A stretch of DNA of 16,435 bases from a virus (lineage: Duplodnaviria; Heunggongvirae; Uroviricota; Caudoviricetes): the IMG/VR virus record IMGVR_UViG_2690315742_000009, positions 1 to 16,435 of that record. One strand, given 5' to 3'. Below are positions 1 through 7,243 of this stretch, piece after piece; position 1 is the stretch's first letter; every line of letters begins with the position of its first letter. The notes below the pieces were generated by a model, which made no database searches, was not told where the DNA came from, and worked only from the letters and a program-made list of their open reading frames with translations. The translations under genes and the position numbers were made by a program.

Positions 1-1119
1 TCAAATAACCAACTTAACCCATTCCTGACCTCGAGTATCGTTATAGCGATCGGTGGTTGCCTGGACTTTATGTCCTAGTAATGTTTTTGTATCAATACCC
101 TGTGCACGGTACAGCCGTTCTGATAGAGAGCGTTGTTCATGAAATGTTGGCGGAGTTTTTCCTGCTGGTGGAATTATCCCAGCCAGATCCCGTGCTTTGG
201 CAAAGTAGTCGCTCAGGTTGTCTTTACTCATCGGCTTCGGTTGTTTCTGGTGCCGACTATGGATTAGATATGGACTTAATATTCTGTCTCGGCACCCATC
301 AATAACTTCTTTTAACGTTATCCCAATGGCATCACATCGTAGTGTAAGCGGTAACGCCAGACGCATTCCGGTTTTTCCCTGGGTGATATGCAAGTGTTCG
401 TTCCACACATCTGAAAAACGCATGTGGCAAATGTCATCACGGCGCTGACCAGTAACAATCGCAAGAAGCATTGCGTTACGGATAAAGTGTTTTTCAGGCG
501 TTGCATTGTAAATTTTTTGCCAGTCTTCCATGGTGAGCCTGGCTCTGGTTACTTTAGGGATCGGTTTACGGGTAGCCTCCGGAGGATTCCATCCAGGAGG
601 AACTTCCCCTGCATGCTGTGCTTCTTTATAAATATCAACCCATAATCCACGATTTACTCTCGCTGTGCTGACCATGTCTTTATCCAGCCACTCATCCAGT
701 ATTAATGCAAAGTCTCTTACTTCCAGTTCTTTCAATGGGTGGTTTCCCAGACGGGAAACCAGGTATGCAGCCATTCGGGTTTTTTCTTTGTGAGTTGTAG
801 CTGCAATATCTCCATTTTTCAGTCGCGTGTCCTGTATTTTCAGATATCGATCAACCCATGCCTTTAATCTGATACCCCGACGTTTTGTTGCTGACGGACT
901 TTCATCAATTTTGCGCATGAAATATTCAGCTTCTGCTGCAGCTATTCGCTGATTGGCTGTGGAAGCGATTTTTTCTGCCTTACCTTTGTCTGTTCCGAGT
1001 CCGTGAAATTTTCCAGTCACAGGATTTTTATACTGGTAGTAAACTCTGCCAGTTCTGCGATCAAACTTTTCGTAAAGACCGGCTACGTCAGTGCTGTTTT
1101 TTCGTGGCCTCGGTGACAT
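1..1119 (-). CDS. int: Phage-type tyrosine recombinase (integrase)
   Basis: 372-aa ORF, ATG at 1117-1119 with AGGAG about 12 nt upstream, TGA at 1-3. C-terminal half has the R...H-x-x-R...Y arrangement of tyrosine recombinases (TGQRRDD, HEQRS, TDRY). Excisionase-like gene lies immediately upstream, overlapping by about 30 nt. Confidence 0.85.
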   Translation of the reverse strand: MSPRPRKNSTDVAGLYEKFDRRTGRVYYQYKNPVTGKFHGLGTDKGKAEKIASTANQRIAAAEAEYFMRKIDESPSATKRRGIRLKAWVDRYLKIQDTRLKNGDIAATTHKEKTRMAAYLVSRLGNHPLKELEVRDFALILDEWLDKDMVSTARVNRGLWVDIYKEAQHAGEVPPGWNPPEATRKPIPKVTRARLTMEDWQKIYNATPEKHFIRNAMLLAIVTGQRRDDICHMRFSDVWNEHLHITQGKTGMRLALPLTLRCDAIGITLKEVIDGCRDRILSPYLIHSRHQKQPKPMSKDNLSDYFAKARDLAGIIPPAGKTPPTFHEQRSLSERLYRAQGIDTKTLLGHKVQATTDRYNDTRGQEWVKLVI

Positions 1120-1357
1120 GAGTTAAAATCTCCTTCAGTGCATCATCATCGCCAGTATGAATTTCCGGCGCAATTCCCGTTTCACCAGGCCCAACAAATA
1201 CTGCTCGGCGATCTATCAGCCAACGCCCACGAATTTTTTGTGGCCTTGGAACGATGTATCCTAGTTTTCCGTATTTCACCAGGGTAGTGTTTGTTATTGG
1301 GAGACTGAACCGTTTTGGTTTCCACTCGTCGAGCGTTATCAGGTACTGTTCGCTCAT
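1088..1357 (-). CDS. Excisionase-like small protein (DUF1233-type putative Xis)
   Basis: 89 aa from ATG at 1355-1357 with GGAG 8 nt upstream; the track's longer start is a GTG three codons earlier. Position directly upstream of and overlapping int is the classic xis position. Family assignment is from memory. Confidence 0.6.
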   Translation of the reverse strand: MSEQYLITLDEWKPKRFSLPITNTTLVKYGKLGYIVPRPQKIRGRWLIDRRAVFVGPGETGIAPEIHTGDDDALKEILTHVTEATKKQH

Positions 1358-1418
1358 GGCTATCACTCCGGAACGCGCCAGTTGCAGAATATCAACGACA
1401 ACTGGCGACGGTTGAACA

Positions 1419-3860
1419 TTAAAAATCAGCCTGACTCGGGATCAGTTTTTGCCAGATAACTGAAACGTATTTTGCCTGGTAACGAGCGTCATCAAGTGCA
1501 TTATGGCGCTCACCTTCGAATGGAATAGCCGTTCTGGCATCGAAGTCTATGGCTTTCCCCAGCTCAACGATTGTGCGTACATCGCGATCGTTGTAGTAAC
1601 GCCACGGGCAGGGGATCCCCTGCCGTTCGTATGAACGGCGCAAAATCGTGTTGTCGAAGTTGGCTCCATTTCCCCAGACCTGAACAAAAAATTCACCGGA
1701 GTTTTCGTCGATAAATTCCCGCAATTGTAACAGTGCATCATCTAACGGGATTTCATCGGTCATAATGGCAGATTGCGCTTCGCGTGATTGCTTAAGCCAC
1801 CATTTAATGGTGTCCCGATCAATGACTCCGCCAGCAGTTTCCAGATCGATAGTCTTACTAAATTCCGGTCCCATATCTCCGGTTTGCGGATCGAAAAATA
1901 TTGCACCTATTGAGATGATCGGGGCATCAGGATTTTTTCCCATGGTTTCAAGGTCGATCATTAGATGGTCACACGTCCTGCTGGTGGATGTGATTTCGTG
2001 ATGACCGTTCACCTTAATTGAGTGATCTGCCGTCTCGCCAGTTTTATTATCGCTGGCGTGATGCTGATTGCCGCCAGGGTTCTCCTTGTGTGGATGTTCA
2101 GCGCCTTCCATTTCCTCCGGATCATTTTCCTGAACTTCAACCTGATTCTCTTCATCGAATGTTTCCTGGTATGTTGCGTCGCCCATCACCGCGCCACAAT
2201 CAGGGCAGTTGCCGCCACCGCTCTGACCGCAGGCGGTGCAGACTTTTTCCGGTTCCTGTTGCGCTACTGGTTCGGATTGTTTCGTTTCTGGCTCGTTTTG
2301 TAACGCATTTGGGCTGTTTTGTTCCGCTTTTTGGTCGTTCCGTTCCGATTCATGCTGGTTCTGGTTCACAGAATCGCGAGTCTGGATCCCCTTGACCCAT
2401 TTCGGATCATTAGGGTCGCTAATCCCCTCAACAAATTCACCACGCGATACAGCAAGTAACTTATCGGCGTCAGGCTGGCTGATATTGGCTGCCTGCATAA
2501 TTTTGTTTACTTCGTCAGCGGTGACTTTTACTTGGTTAGCGGAACTCACCTGCGACTGAGCATCCAGCGACTGCGCGTTCTGGCCATGTTCAGTTGTATC
2601 CGGTTCCATTGTTTCAGTTGTTGCCTGTTCACCTGCCATTGCGTCAGATGGTTGTGGTTTTTCTTCTTCTGTTTCACGCTCAGTAACCACCTCGCGGTTA
2701 ATTTCTTCCAGGATATCTTTTTCCGGCGTATGCCGGGCAGCTGTGAGAGTTTCCTTGCTGGGGTTCTCGTGATCAGTTTCCGTCAAATAGGCGTTGATAT
2801 ACCCCTGAAGGCGTCCCGGGTAGTGATAAAATTCAGGGTGTGCGCTTCGGATAAGTGCAAAAATAGCGGCGCGGGAATAGTCCAGAATACCCGGGGTTGC
2901 ACGAAGTGCTGCGGACCATTCTTTGAACGGACTTTCTTTGTTCAGGACTACTTCTTTTGCGCGACGATAAACGCTGCCCGGAATTTCATAAATATTAAAA
3001 TCCATCGGAAGTGTGGCTGCTGCAATCTCCACATCCAGTGTGTCGAGGGTGTGTACTAAATTCGGATTGCGATCGGTTTTGTTCCCACCGCCAGCATTAG
3101 CACCGGAAGCCGTGCGGGTGATGCGTGAAACACGATTTCCTTTCATCCACTCTTTTGTCAGCAGACCCCGATCAGTGTAGTCAGCGTCCAGGTATGCTTC
3201 GAAAAAAGCAGTTATTAGTCCCAGGTCTGAATTACCAGGATTAGGGAAAACTTTGTCAGTGTCACGAACCAGTTTGTGGAGGTCGCGAATCTCCAGCGAG
3301 TCGAGCAGACTGGTTTTATGCGAAATAGCCAGGGCAGTAACAGCCGGTAGTTCTTCAGCCCGTGCAATGTGTAATGCCTGGAGTTCGTCGCGTGAAACGT
3401 GCGTTACTGGTTTTTCGCTGCCGTGTTGAGCAAGCCAACGAATGGGCAGTTCCTGACCGGAGACAGGCAGAAGCATGCTCTCCTCAATCTCAGTCATGTC
3501 TTCGCCGTTGATGTTGGTATTGTCAGTGCTGGCTGGTTTGTCCTGAACAGAGGGGGAAGGGCCGATAAATGTCATTGTGATGCCATCTTTCCCGCCTTTT
3601 TCATAGCGGTTGCAGAATTCAGTATCAAACACGCCTTCTGGCGGAAGGTCGTCAACAACGGGCAAATTGACGCGGACGGGTTTTTTAAAGTCGTCTTCAT
3701 CATAATCGTTGTCATCCATTGCGGTAATGCAGCGGGAGATTGCAACAGATAATTTTTTTGCTGTAGTCCAGTAAAAACCACCTTTAATTCCCAGGCGTTT
3801 TCTTACTTTGTCATTTTTTGCTTCGCAATATAGTGCAAATTCTTCTTTATCAGTGCTCAT
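1419..3860 (-). CDS. Exonuclease: RecE-like N-terminal region fused to a DEDDh (DnaQ-like) 3'-5' exonuclease domain
   Basis: 813-aa ORF, ATG at 3858-3860 with GAGG upstream. Residues about 110-600 closely resemble the non-catalytic N-terminal part of Rac RecE as I recall it (e.g. [71 protein letters not shown]). The C-terminal 200 aa carry DEDDh motifs (DLETMG; [12 protein letters not shown]; [13 protein letters not shown]) in place of the RecE nuclease domain. A long acidic low-complexity linker lies between. Confidence 0.8.
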   Translation of the reverse strand: MSTDKEEFALYCEAKNDKVRKRLGIKGGFYWTTAKKLSVAISRCITAMDDNDYDEDDFKKPVRVNLPVVDDLPPEGVFDTEFCNRYEKGGKDGITMTFIGPSPSVQDKPASTDNTNINGEDMTEIEESMLLPVSGQELPIRWLAQHGSEKPVTHVSRDELQALHIARAEELPAVTALAISHKTSLLDSLEIRDLHKLVRDTDKVFPNPGNSDLGLITAFFEAYLDADYTDRGLLTKEWMKGNRVSRITRTASGANAGGGNKTDRNPNLVHTLDTLDVEIAAATLPMDFNIYEIPGSVYRRAKEVVLNKESPFKEWSAALRATPGILDYSRAAIFALIRSAHPEFYHYPGRLQGYINAYLTETDHENPSKETLTAARHTPEKDILEEINREVVTERETEEEKPQPSDAMAGEQATTETMEPDTTEHGQNAQSLDAQSQVSSANQVKVTADEVNKIMQAANISQPDADKLLAVSRGEFVEGISDPNDPKWVKGIQTRDSVNQNQHESERNDQKAEQNSPNALQNEPETKQSEPVAQQEPEKVCTACGQSGGGNCPDCGAVMGDATYQETFDEENQVEVQENDPEEMEGAEHPHKENPGGNQHHASDNKTGETADHSIKVNGHHEITSTSRTCDHLMIDLETMGKNPDAPIISIGAIFFDPQTGDMGPEFSKTIDLETAGGVIDRDTIKWWLKQSREAQSAIMTDEIPLDDALLQLREFIDENSGEFFVQVWGNGANFDNTILRRSYERQGIPCPWRYYNDRDVRTIVELGKAIDFDARTAIPFEGERHNALDDARYQAKYVSVIWQKLIPSQADF

Positions 3861-3953
3861 TATTGGTAAACCTCATCACAGATTTAAGGGTGAACAAATC
3901 TCTGCCATTGCTGACATATAAGAATGAAACTGGATATTTATTACGGTGCTGTT

Positions 3954-4145
3954 TTAAAATCCTGCCGGGATTTCGTTATTATCCTGGTGAATAACTTTAT
4001 CGACCGGATAACAGTTGCCTGGAATTTTCTGTTCGGTTGCTGCTGCCATACATTCCTGCATTGTTCTGTGAACACTGACTGCAATATCAACTGGCTCTCC
4101 GGAAACAAGAAAAACCGTCAGAATAAGTGCAAATACTGGATTCAT
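3954..4145 (-). CDS. ydfD: YdfD-like small lysis protein (63 aa, N-terminal hydrophobic segment)
   Basis: ATG at 4143-4145 overlaps the dicB stop (ATGA). Protein MNPVFALILTVFLVSGEPVDIAVSVHRTMQECMAAATEQKIPGNCYPVDKVIHQDNNEIPAGF matches my memory of Qin YdfD in length and sequence. TAA at 3954-3956. Confidence 0.7.
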   Translation of the reverse strand: MNPVFALILTVFLVSGEPVDIAVSVHRTMQECMAAATEQKIPGNCYPVDKVIHQDNNEIPAGF

Positions 4146-4330
4146 TGTGCACATCCTTTTGGCATCAGACGTAAACGGGCCAGCATTGAAACAATGCATA
4201 CTTTATTTAATAACTCCCGTTCGTGTTTTCTTTTGTTAATGGCATCTTCAGTAAATACAGGATTACTGATAGTGACACCAATTTCAAAACAACCTTCAGA
4301 CGTATTAACGTTTGGTAATAACGTTTTCAT
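4142..4330 (-). CDS. dicB: Cell division inhibitor DicB (62 aa)
   Basis: ATG at 4328-4330 with GAGGG about 7 nt upstream; the track's GTG at 4435 is an upstream extension. Protein MKTLLPNVNTSEGCFEIGVTISNPVFTEDAINKRKHERELLNKVCIVSMLARLRLMPKGCAQ matches recalled DicB of the Qin dicBF operon. Lies immediately downstream of DicF. Confidence 0.75.
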   Translation of the reverse strand: MKTLLPNVNTSEGCFEIGVTISNPVFTEDAINKRKHERELLNKVCIVSMLARLRLMPKGCAQ

Positions 4331-4503
4331 TATCGCGCCCTCAACAATGAGTTTTGTGATGCGGTGCCTGGTGCCTCCAGGTGACGTTAACCAGTTAACA
4401 ATTAACGCCGGATACAGAGAATCCACCCATAACACTGTTTTTGGTTTTAACTGTTCCGCGTGCGCTTAGCCGCATTCACCGCATCACAAAATTCACTTTA
4501 AAA

Positions 4504-4556
4504 AGGGCGGCAGAGCAGTCACGGAGTAAAACTGATACCGCCAAACGTCACCAGAA
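4504..4556 (-). ncRNA. dicF: DicF small RNA (53 nt)
   Basis: Minus strand reads TTTCTGGTGACGTTTGGCGGTATCAGTTTTACTCCGTGACTGCTCTGCCGCCC followed by TTTT, which matches the 53-nt E. coli DicF sequence as I recall it. Contains a GC-rich terminator stem (GGCGG...CCGCC) and sits between a ydfC-like ORF and dicB as in the Qin operon. Confidence 0.8.
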
Positions 4557-4898
4557 AATTGATAACAGAGGGCGTTGCAGTGGGGTTGTCACTTAAGCGT
4601 ATGGTCAACCTGACAACCCGGTGTCCTCAACGGGGGAAGGAATAACCCCGCCATACTTACCGCCGCGCCATTTCGCGGATTGCCACAACCGGAAGCGCAC
4701 GGTCGACGAAAATTTAACGACAGGCTATCTATGAACCAGCTACCTCGCCGTGCGCTTTCGCGTTATGGTCTGACTTTTCAGGGAAATATCCTTTCAGTAA
4801 ACTGTCAGTGCCGGATGCTCACCCGTGTCCGGCGCACGCACTCCACCTCACCCGTGGAGAACTCCTTAATTACCAACCTTAGCTTCGTTGGTTAGCTA

Positions 4899-5117
4899 TT
4901 AACGCTGGTATGTAATCATTCTGGCAATGCTTAATGCCGCTGCTTTTTCCAGCCTGGTGATATCCTGCTCCAGAGCGGACAGATTTTCAGCCTGCTTAGC
5001 CCTGGCTTCATTGGCCCATTTCAGATCCTGCGCTGCATTAATTTTCTGGCGCATCCACTCATAAAGTTCATCATCGGTATAGTCTGGCGCGATGATGACG
5101 GGTTCTCGTTTCTGCAT
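4899..5117 (-). CDS. Small protein in ydfC position of the dicBF operon (72 aa)
   Basis: ATG at 5115-5117 preceded by a strong SD (AAGGAG, 7-nt spacer). Same length and operon position as Qin YdfC; sequence identity not verified. Confidence 0.6.
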   Translation of the reverse strand: MQKREPVIIAPDYTDDELYEWMRQKINAAQDLKWANEARAKQAENLSALEQDITRLEKAAALSIARMITYQR

Positions 5118-5188
5118 GTCGGCTCCTTGTGGTTAGCGTTGCCTGCTTTTAACCACGTCAGGCGAGGTGGTATCCTCTGAGGGGTCTG

Positions 5189-5545
5189 TTACTCGAGAGG
5201 AAATTGGTTATGAATACAATCAAGTTTTCTTGCCCAGAATGTGGTGGCGAAGTCTTTGACACATCCTTTAAGCCGCAGGGCTCTGACAGTTTCGCGGGAG
5301 CCATCTGCAAAAATTGTGGTCACCTTGTAACTGAAGATGAGTCCTCGCAGTTCGATGACGAAATCGTTGACAATATCTTCGGTGCACTCACCAGAGACTT
5401 TCTGAAATAAAGACGCATACCGCTTAGTTACCGCTCTGATAACTCTTACCTGTCCGGCAATGGCGCTGATGTCAATATAAAGCGCCATTGCTGCTTCTTT
5501 GCCGATCCCGTGATGCCTTCCATTCTGATGTTTGACTTCGCCCAC
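5189..5545 (-). CDS. Hypothetical protein (118 aa from GTG, or 99 aa from ATG at 5488); competing call with the plus-strand ORF 5210..5410
   Basis: Co-directional with the early-left operon. GTG at 5543-5545 preceded by AGAGGA (9 nt). Codon first-position G is about 44 percent in the non-overlapping part 5411-5545. Lies where ydfA/ydfB-type genes would be expected by synteny. It shares exact codon triplets in antisense with the plus-strand zinc-ribbon ORF, so one of the two is probably an artifact. Confidence 0.35.
   Translation of the reverse strand: MGEVKHQNGRHHGIGKEAAMALYIDISAIAGQVRVIRAVTKRYASLFQKVSGECTEDIVNDFVIELRGLIFSYKVTTIFADGSRETVRALRLKGCVKDFATTFWARKLDCIHNQFPLE
5210..5410 (+). CDS. 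Small acidic zinc-ribbon protein (66 aa); competing call with the minus-strand ORF 5189..5545
   Basis: ATG at 5210 with GAGAGG about 10 nt upstream. Two CxxCG knuckles 20 residues apart (CPECGG ... CKNCGH) form a canonical zinc-ribbon signature; acidic C-terminus. Opposite in orientation to the surrounding operon. Confidence 0.4.
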   Translation: MNTIKFSCPECGGEVFDTSFKPQGSDSFAGAICKNCGHLVTEDESSQFDDEIVDNIFGALTRDFLK

Positions 5546-5727
5546 TGAGAAATCCTCTGTTTCCCCTTAACGCCGGGGTAGCGGAACAAAAACCTGCTGC
5601 ATAGTTAAAGTTGAACCCTGCCGTCATGTTCTTACGCCTCGGGCTGGCTACTTAACCCCTGACCACTGCCTGGTAACTCGAAGTATTGCCCTGCATTCTG
5701 TGGGGCGGGGTGGGTTGGTATGTTGTT

Positions 5728-5756
5728 AAGGTAACAAGAGTTACCTTTAGAGTCAA
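5728..5756 (-). promoter_or_regulatory. pL-like early leftward promoter with overlapping repressor operator
   Basis: Minus strand reads TTGACT, 17-nt spacer, TACCTT. An 18-bp perfect palindrome AGGTAACAAGAGTTACCT (plus 5729-5746) overlaps the spacer and -10. Sits just downstream of the repressor gene terminator, facing the dicBF-exo-xis-int operon. Confidence 0.5.
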
Positions 5757-5786
5757 TACAATGTTGCAAAAGGTACATTTGAGGGC

Positions 5787-5811
5787 ATAAAAAACCCGCA
5801 ATGAATGCGGG
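5787..5811 (-). terminator. Rho-independent terminator after the repressor gene
   Basis: Minus strand CCCGCA-TTCAT-TGCGGG followed by TTTTTTAT; 6-bp GC-rich stem immediately after the repressor stop codon (5819-5821). Confidence 0.7.
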
Positions 5812-5818
5812 TTCTGAC

Positions 5819-6493
5819 TCAGTCTAAGTATTGATGTATTTGTGAAACTTTACCTTTAATGGTGTAACCACCATTCAGTTCGATGGGTTTGTAAAGCGGA
5901 TTCAGTGACAACAGATAGATGTTTGGTCCGTCAATCGCAACTTTTTTTAGTGTTACGTTTGGCGTTCCTTCCAATTGGATTAAGATTATTTTTCCCACCA
6001 GTTCTCTAATGTTACTTGAGCATGGTGTGATCAGCACGGTAGATCCGTCGGGGATGGTTGGGAGGCCGTTAGAGTTTGTCATCGCATCTCCCTCAACATG
6101 CAATAAAAAAGAGTTTTCAGCGGTTTTTGTCATGACATCAACCCAATTCTTAATACCAGGAATCTCGGTTACTGGACAACTCATATCCCAATAACCAGCC
6201 TGTTCCCACGTTAAAACGGGCAACCGGGCGATGTTGTCACTAATGTAAGGGTACTGATTCAGACGCAGATCATCGGTTTTATCGTGACAGTCCTTTCCAT
6301 AAAGAATCCATTCAGGAGATTTGGAAAGCAATTTTGACAGTAGATGCAAATTCTCACCGTCAGGTTTTGAAGAGCCATTTTCCCATTTTGTTACGGATAC
6401 ACGAGATATGCCGATTGCTTTCGCAACCTGCTGTTGGGTTAATCCAACGTCTTTTCGACGATTCCGAATACGTTCGCTGATAGTGTTTTTCAT
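5819..6493 (-). CDS. cI-like prophage repressor (N-terminal XRE-type HTH plus C-terminal S24/LexA-like peptidase domain)
   Basis: HTH signature LTQQQVAKAIGISRVSVTKWENG near the N-terminus and a LexA/cI-like C-terminal domain. Preferred start is ATG at 6491-6493 (224 aa, no SD, operator abutting, suggesting a leaderless transcript as for lambda cI). Alternative ATG at 6536; the track's TTG at 6592 would overlap the cro-like start. Confidence 0.85.
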   Translation of the reverse strand: MKNTISERIRNRRKDVGLTQQQVAKAIGISRVSVTKWENGSSKPDGENLHLLSKLLSKSPEWILYGKDCHDKTDDLRLNQYPYISDNIARLPVLTWEQAGYWDMSCPVTEIPGIKNWVDVMTKTAENSFLLHVEGDAMTNSNGLPTIPDGSTVLITPCSSNIRELVGKIILIQLEGTPNVTLKKVAIDGPNIYLLSLNPLYKPIELNGGYTIKGKVSQIHQYLD

Positions 6494-6509
6494 GTAACCA
6501 ATGTTACTA
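6492..6509. promoter_or_regulatory. Operator-like palindrome (ATGTAAC-CAAT-GTTACTA) at the repressor start; PRM-like region
   Basis: Third copy of GTAAC-N4-GTTAC, directly abutting the repressor ATG. A TAACAT -10-like hexamer lies 7 nt upstream of the ATG on the minus strand. Confidence 0.45.
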
Positions 6510-6528
6510 CCAAGTGATGTTGCTATGG

Positions 6529-6558
6529 TTGACATTGCTATGTAACTATTGTTACCCT
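6529..6558 (+). promoter_or_regulatory. pR-like early rightward promoter with overlapping operator
   Basis: TTGACA (6529-6534), 18-nt spacer, TACCCT (6553-6558). Palindrome GTAACTATTGTTAC (6542-6555) overlaps the spacer and -10, mirroring the pL-like architecture. SD AGGAG and the cro-like ATG follow at 6585. Confidence 0.5.
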
Positions 6559-6584
6559 CCCGCTCGAAATAACAGGAGAGTTTT

Positions 6585-6797
6585 ATGTTCAAAGATGATG
6601 TTCTGCGCTATTTCAAAAAAAAGCGACTAGTAGCTGAGGCTCTTGGAATTTCACATGTGGCTGTTGTGCGGTGGAAAGCAGTTATTCCCAAACTTCGCGC
6701 AATGGAACTGGATGAAATTACTAACGGTGAATTGAAATACAACCCAGAACTTTACAAGAAGCAGGATAGCACCTCGAACGAAGGAAAGAATGATTAA
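6585..6797 (+). CDS. Cro/DicC-like small HTH regulator (70 aa)
   Basis: Divergent from the repressor; AGGAG 7 nt upstream of ATG. Sequence pattern (LRYF...LVAEALGISHVAVVRWKA...RAMELDEITNGELKYNPELY) resembles DicC/YdaS-type Cro-like proteins from memory. Stop overlaps the next gene's start by 1 nt. Confidence 0.75.
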   Translation: MFKDDVLRYFKKKRLVAEALGISHVAVVRWKAVIPKLRAMELDEITNGELKYNPELYKKQDSTSNEGKND

Positions 6798-7222
6798 TGA
6801 AAATCAAGCATGAACACATCCGCATGGCGATGAATGCCTGGGCGCATCCGGACGGCGAAAAAGTACCGGCTGCGAAAATTACCAAAGCGTATTTCGAGCT
6901 GGGAATGACGTTCCCGGAACTGTATGACGACAGCCATCCGGAAGCCCTGGCTCGCAATACTCAGAAAATATTCCGCTGGGTGGAGAAAGACACCCCTGAT
7001 GCTGTTGAAAAAATTCAGGCGTTGTTACCAGCGATCGAAAAAGCAATGCCACCTCTGCTGGTGGCCCGAATGCGCAGCCACAGTTCAGCCTATTTTCGGG
7101 AGCTGGTGGAGATGCGGGAACGACTGGTGAGAGACGCTGATGATTTTGTCGCAGTGGCGATCGCTGGTTTCAATCAGATGAATCGTGGTGGTCCGGCGGG
7201 AAATGCCGTGGTGGTGCATTGA
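6797..7222 (+). CDS. cII-position regulator (YdaT-like, 141 aa)
   Basis: Translationally coupled to the cro-like gene (TAATG overlap). Sits between cro-like and replication genes, i.e. the cII position. N-terminus MKIKHEHI resembles Rac YdaT as I recall it; unverified. Confidence 0.55.
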   Translation: MKIKHEHIRMAMNAWAHPDGEKVPAAKITKAYFELGMTFPELYDDSHPEALARNTQKIFRWVEKDTPDAVEKIQALLPAIEKAMPPLLVARMRSHSSAYFRELVEMRERLVRDADDFVAVAIAGFNQMNRGGPAGNAVVVH

Positions 7223-7243
7223 TAACGTGTTCTGGGGGAGGGG

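Noticed and set aside
1765-3752. Several plus-strand ORFs (1765..2001, 2018..2395, 2022..2303, 2236..2559, 2532..3059, 3399..3752) inside the exonuclease gene
   Set aside because: All are antisense to a strongly supported 813-aa gene, have Cys/Phe/Trp-rich low-complexity translations and lack convincing ribosome-binding sites; they are typical antisense-frame artifacts.
3924-4469. 181-aa plus-strand ORF overlapping ydfD and dicB
   Set aside because: Antisense to two translationally coupled genes with recognisable products; no SD; composition atypical.
4680-4895. 71-aa plus-strand ORF upstream of DicF
   Set aside because: Lies antisense within the structured precursor/leader region of the dicF transcript; Arg-rich low-complexity translation; no SD.
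6536-6592. Longer N-terminal extensions of the repressor (track start at 6592, or ATG at 6536)
   Set aside because: The 6592 start is a TTG that would overlap the cro-like start codon and the pR-like promoter. The ATG at 6536 has no SD at usable distance and would place an operator inside the coding region. The ATG at 6493 gives a typical HTH N-terminus. The ATG at 6536 cannot be fully excluded.
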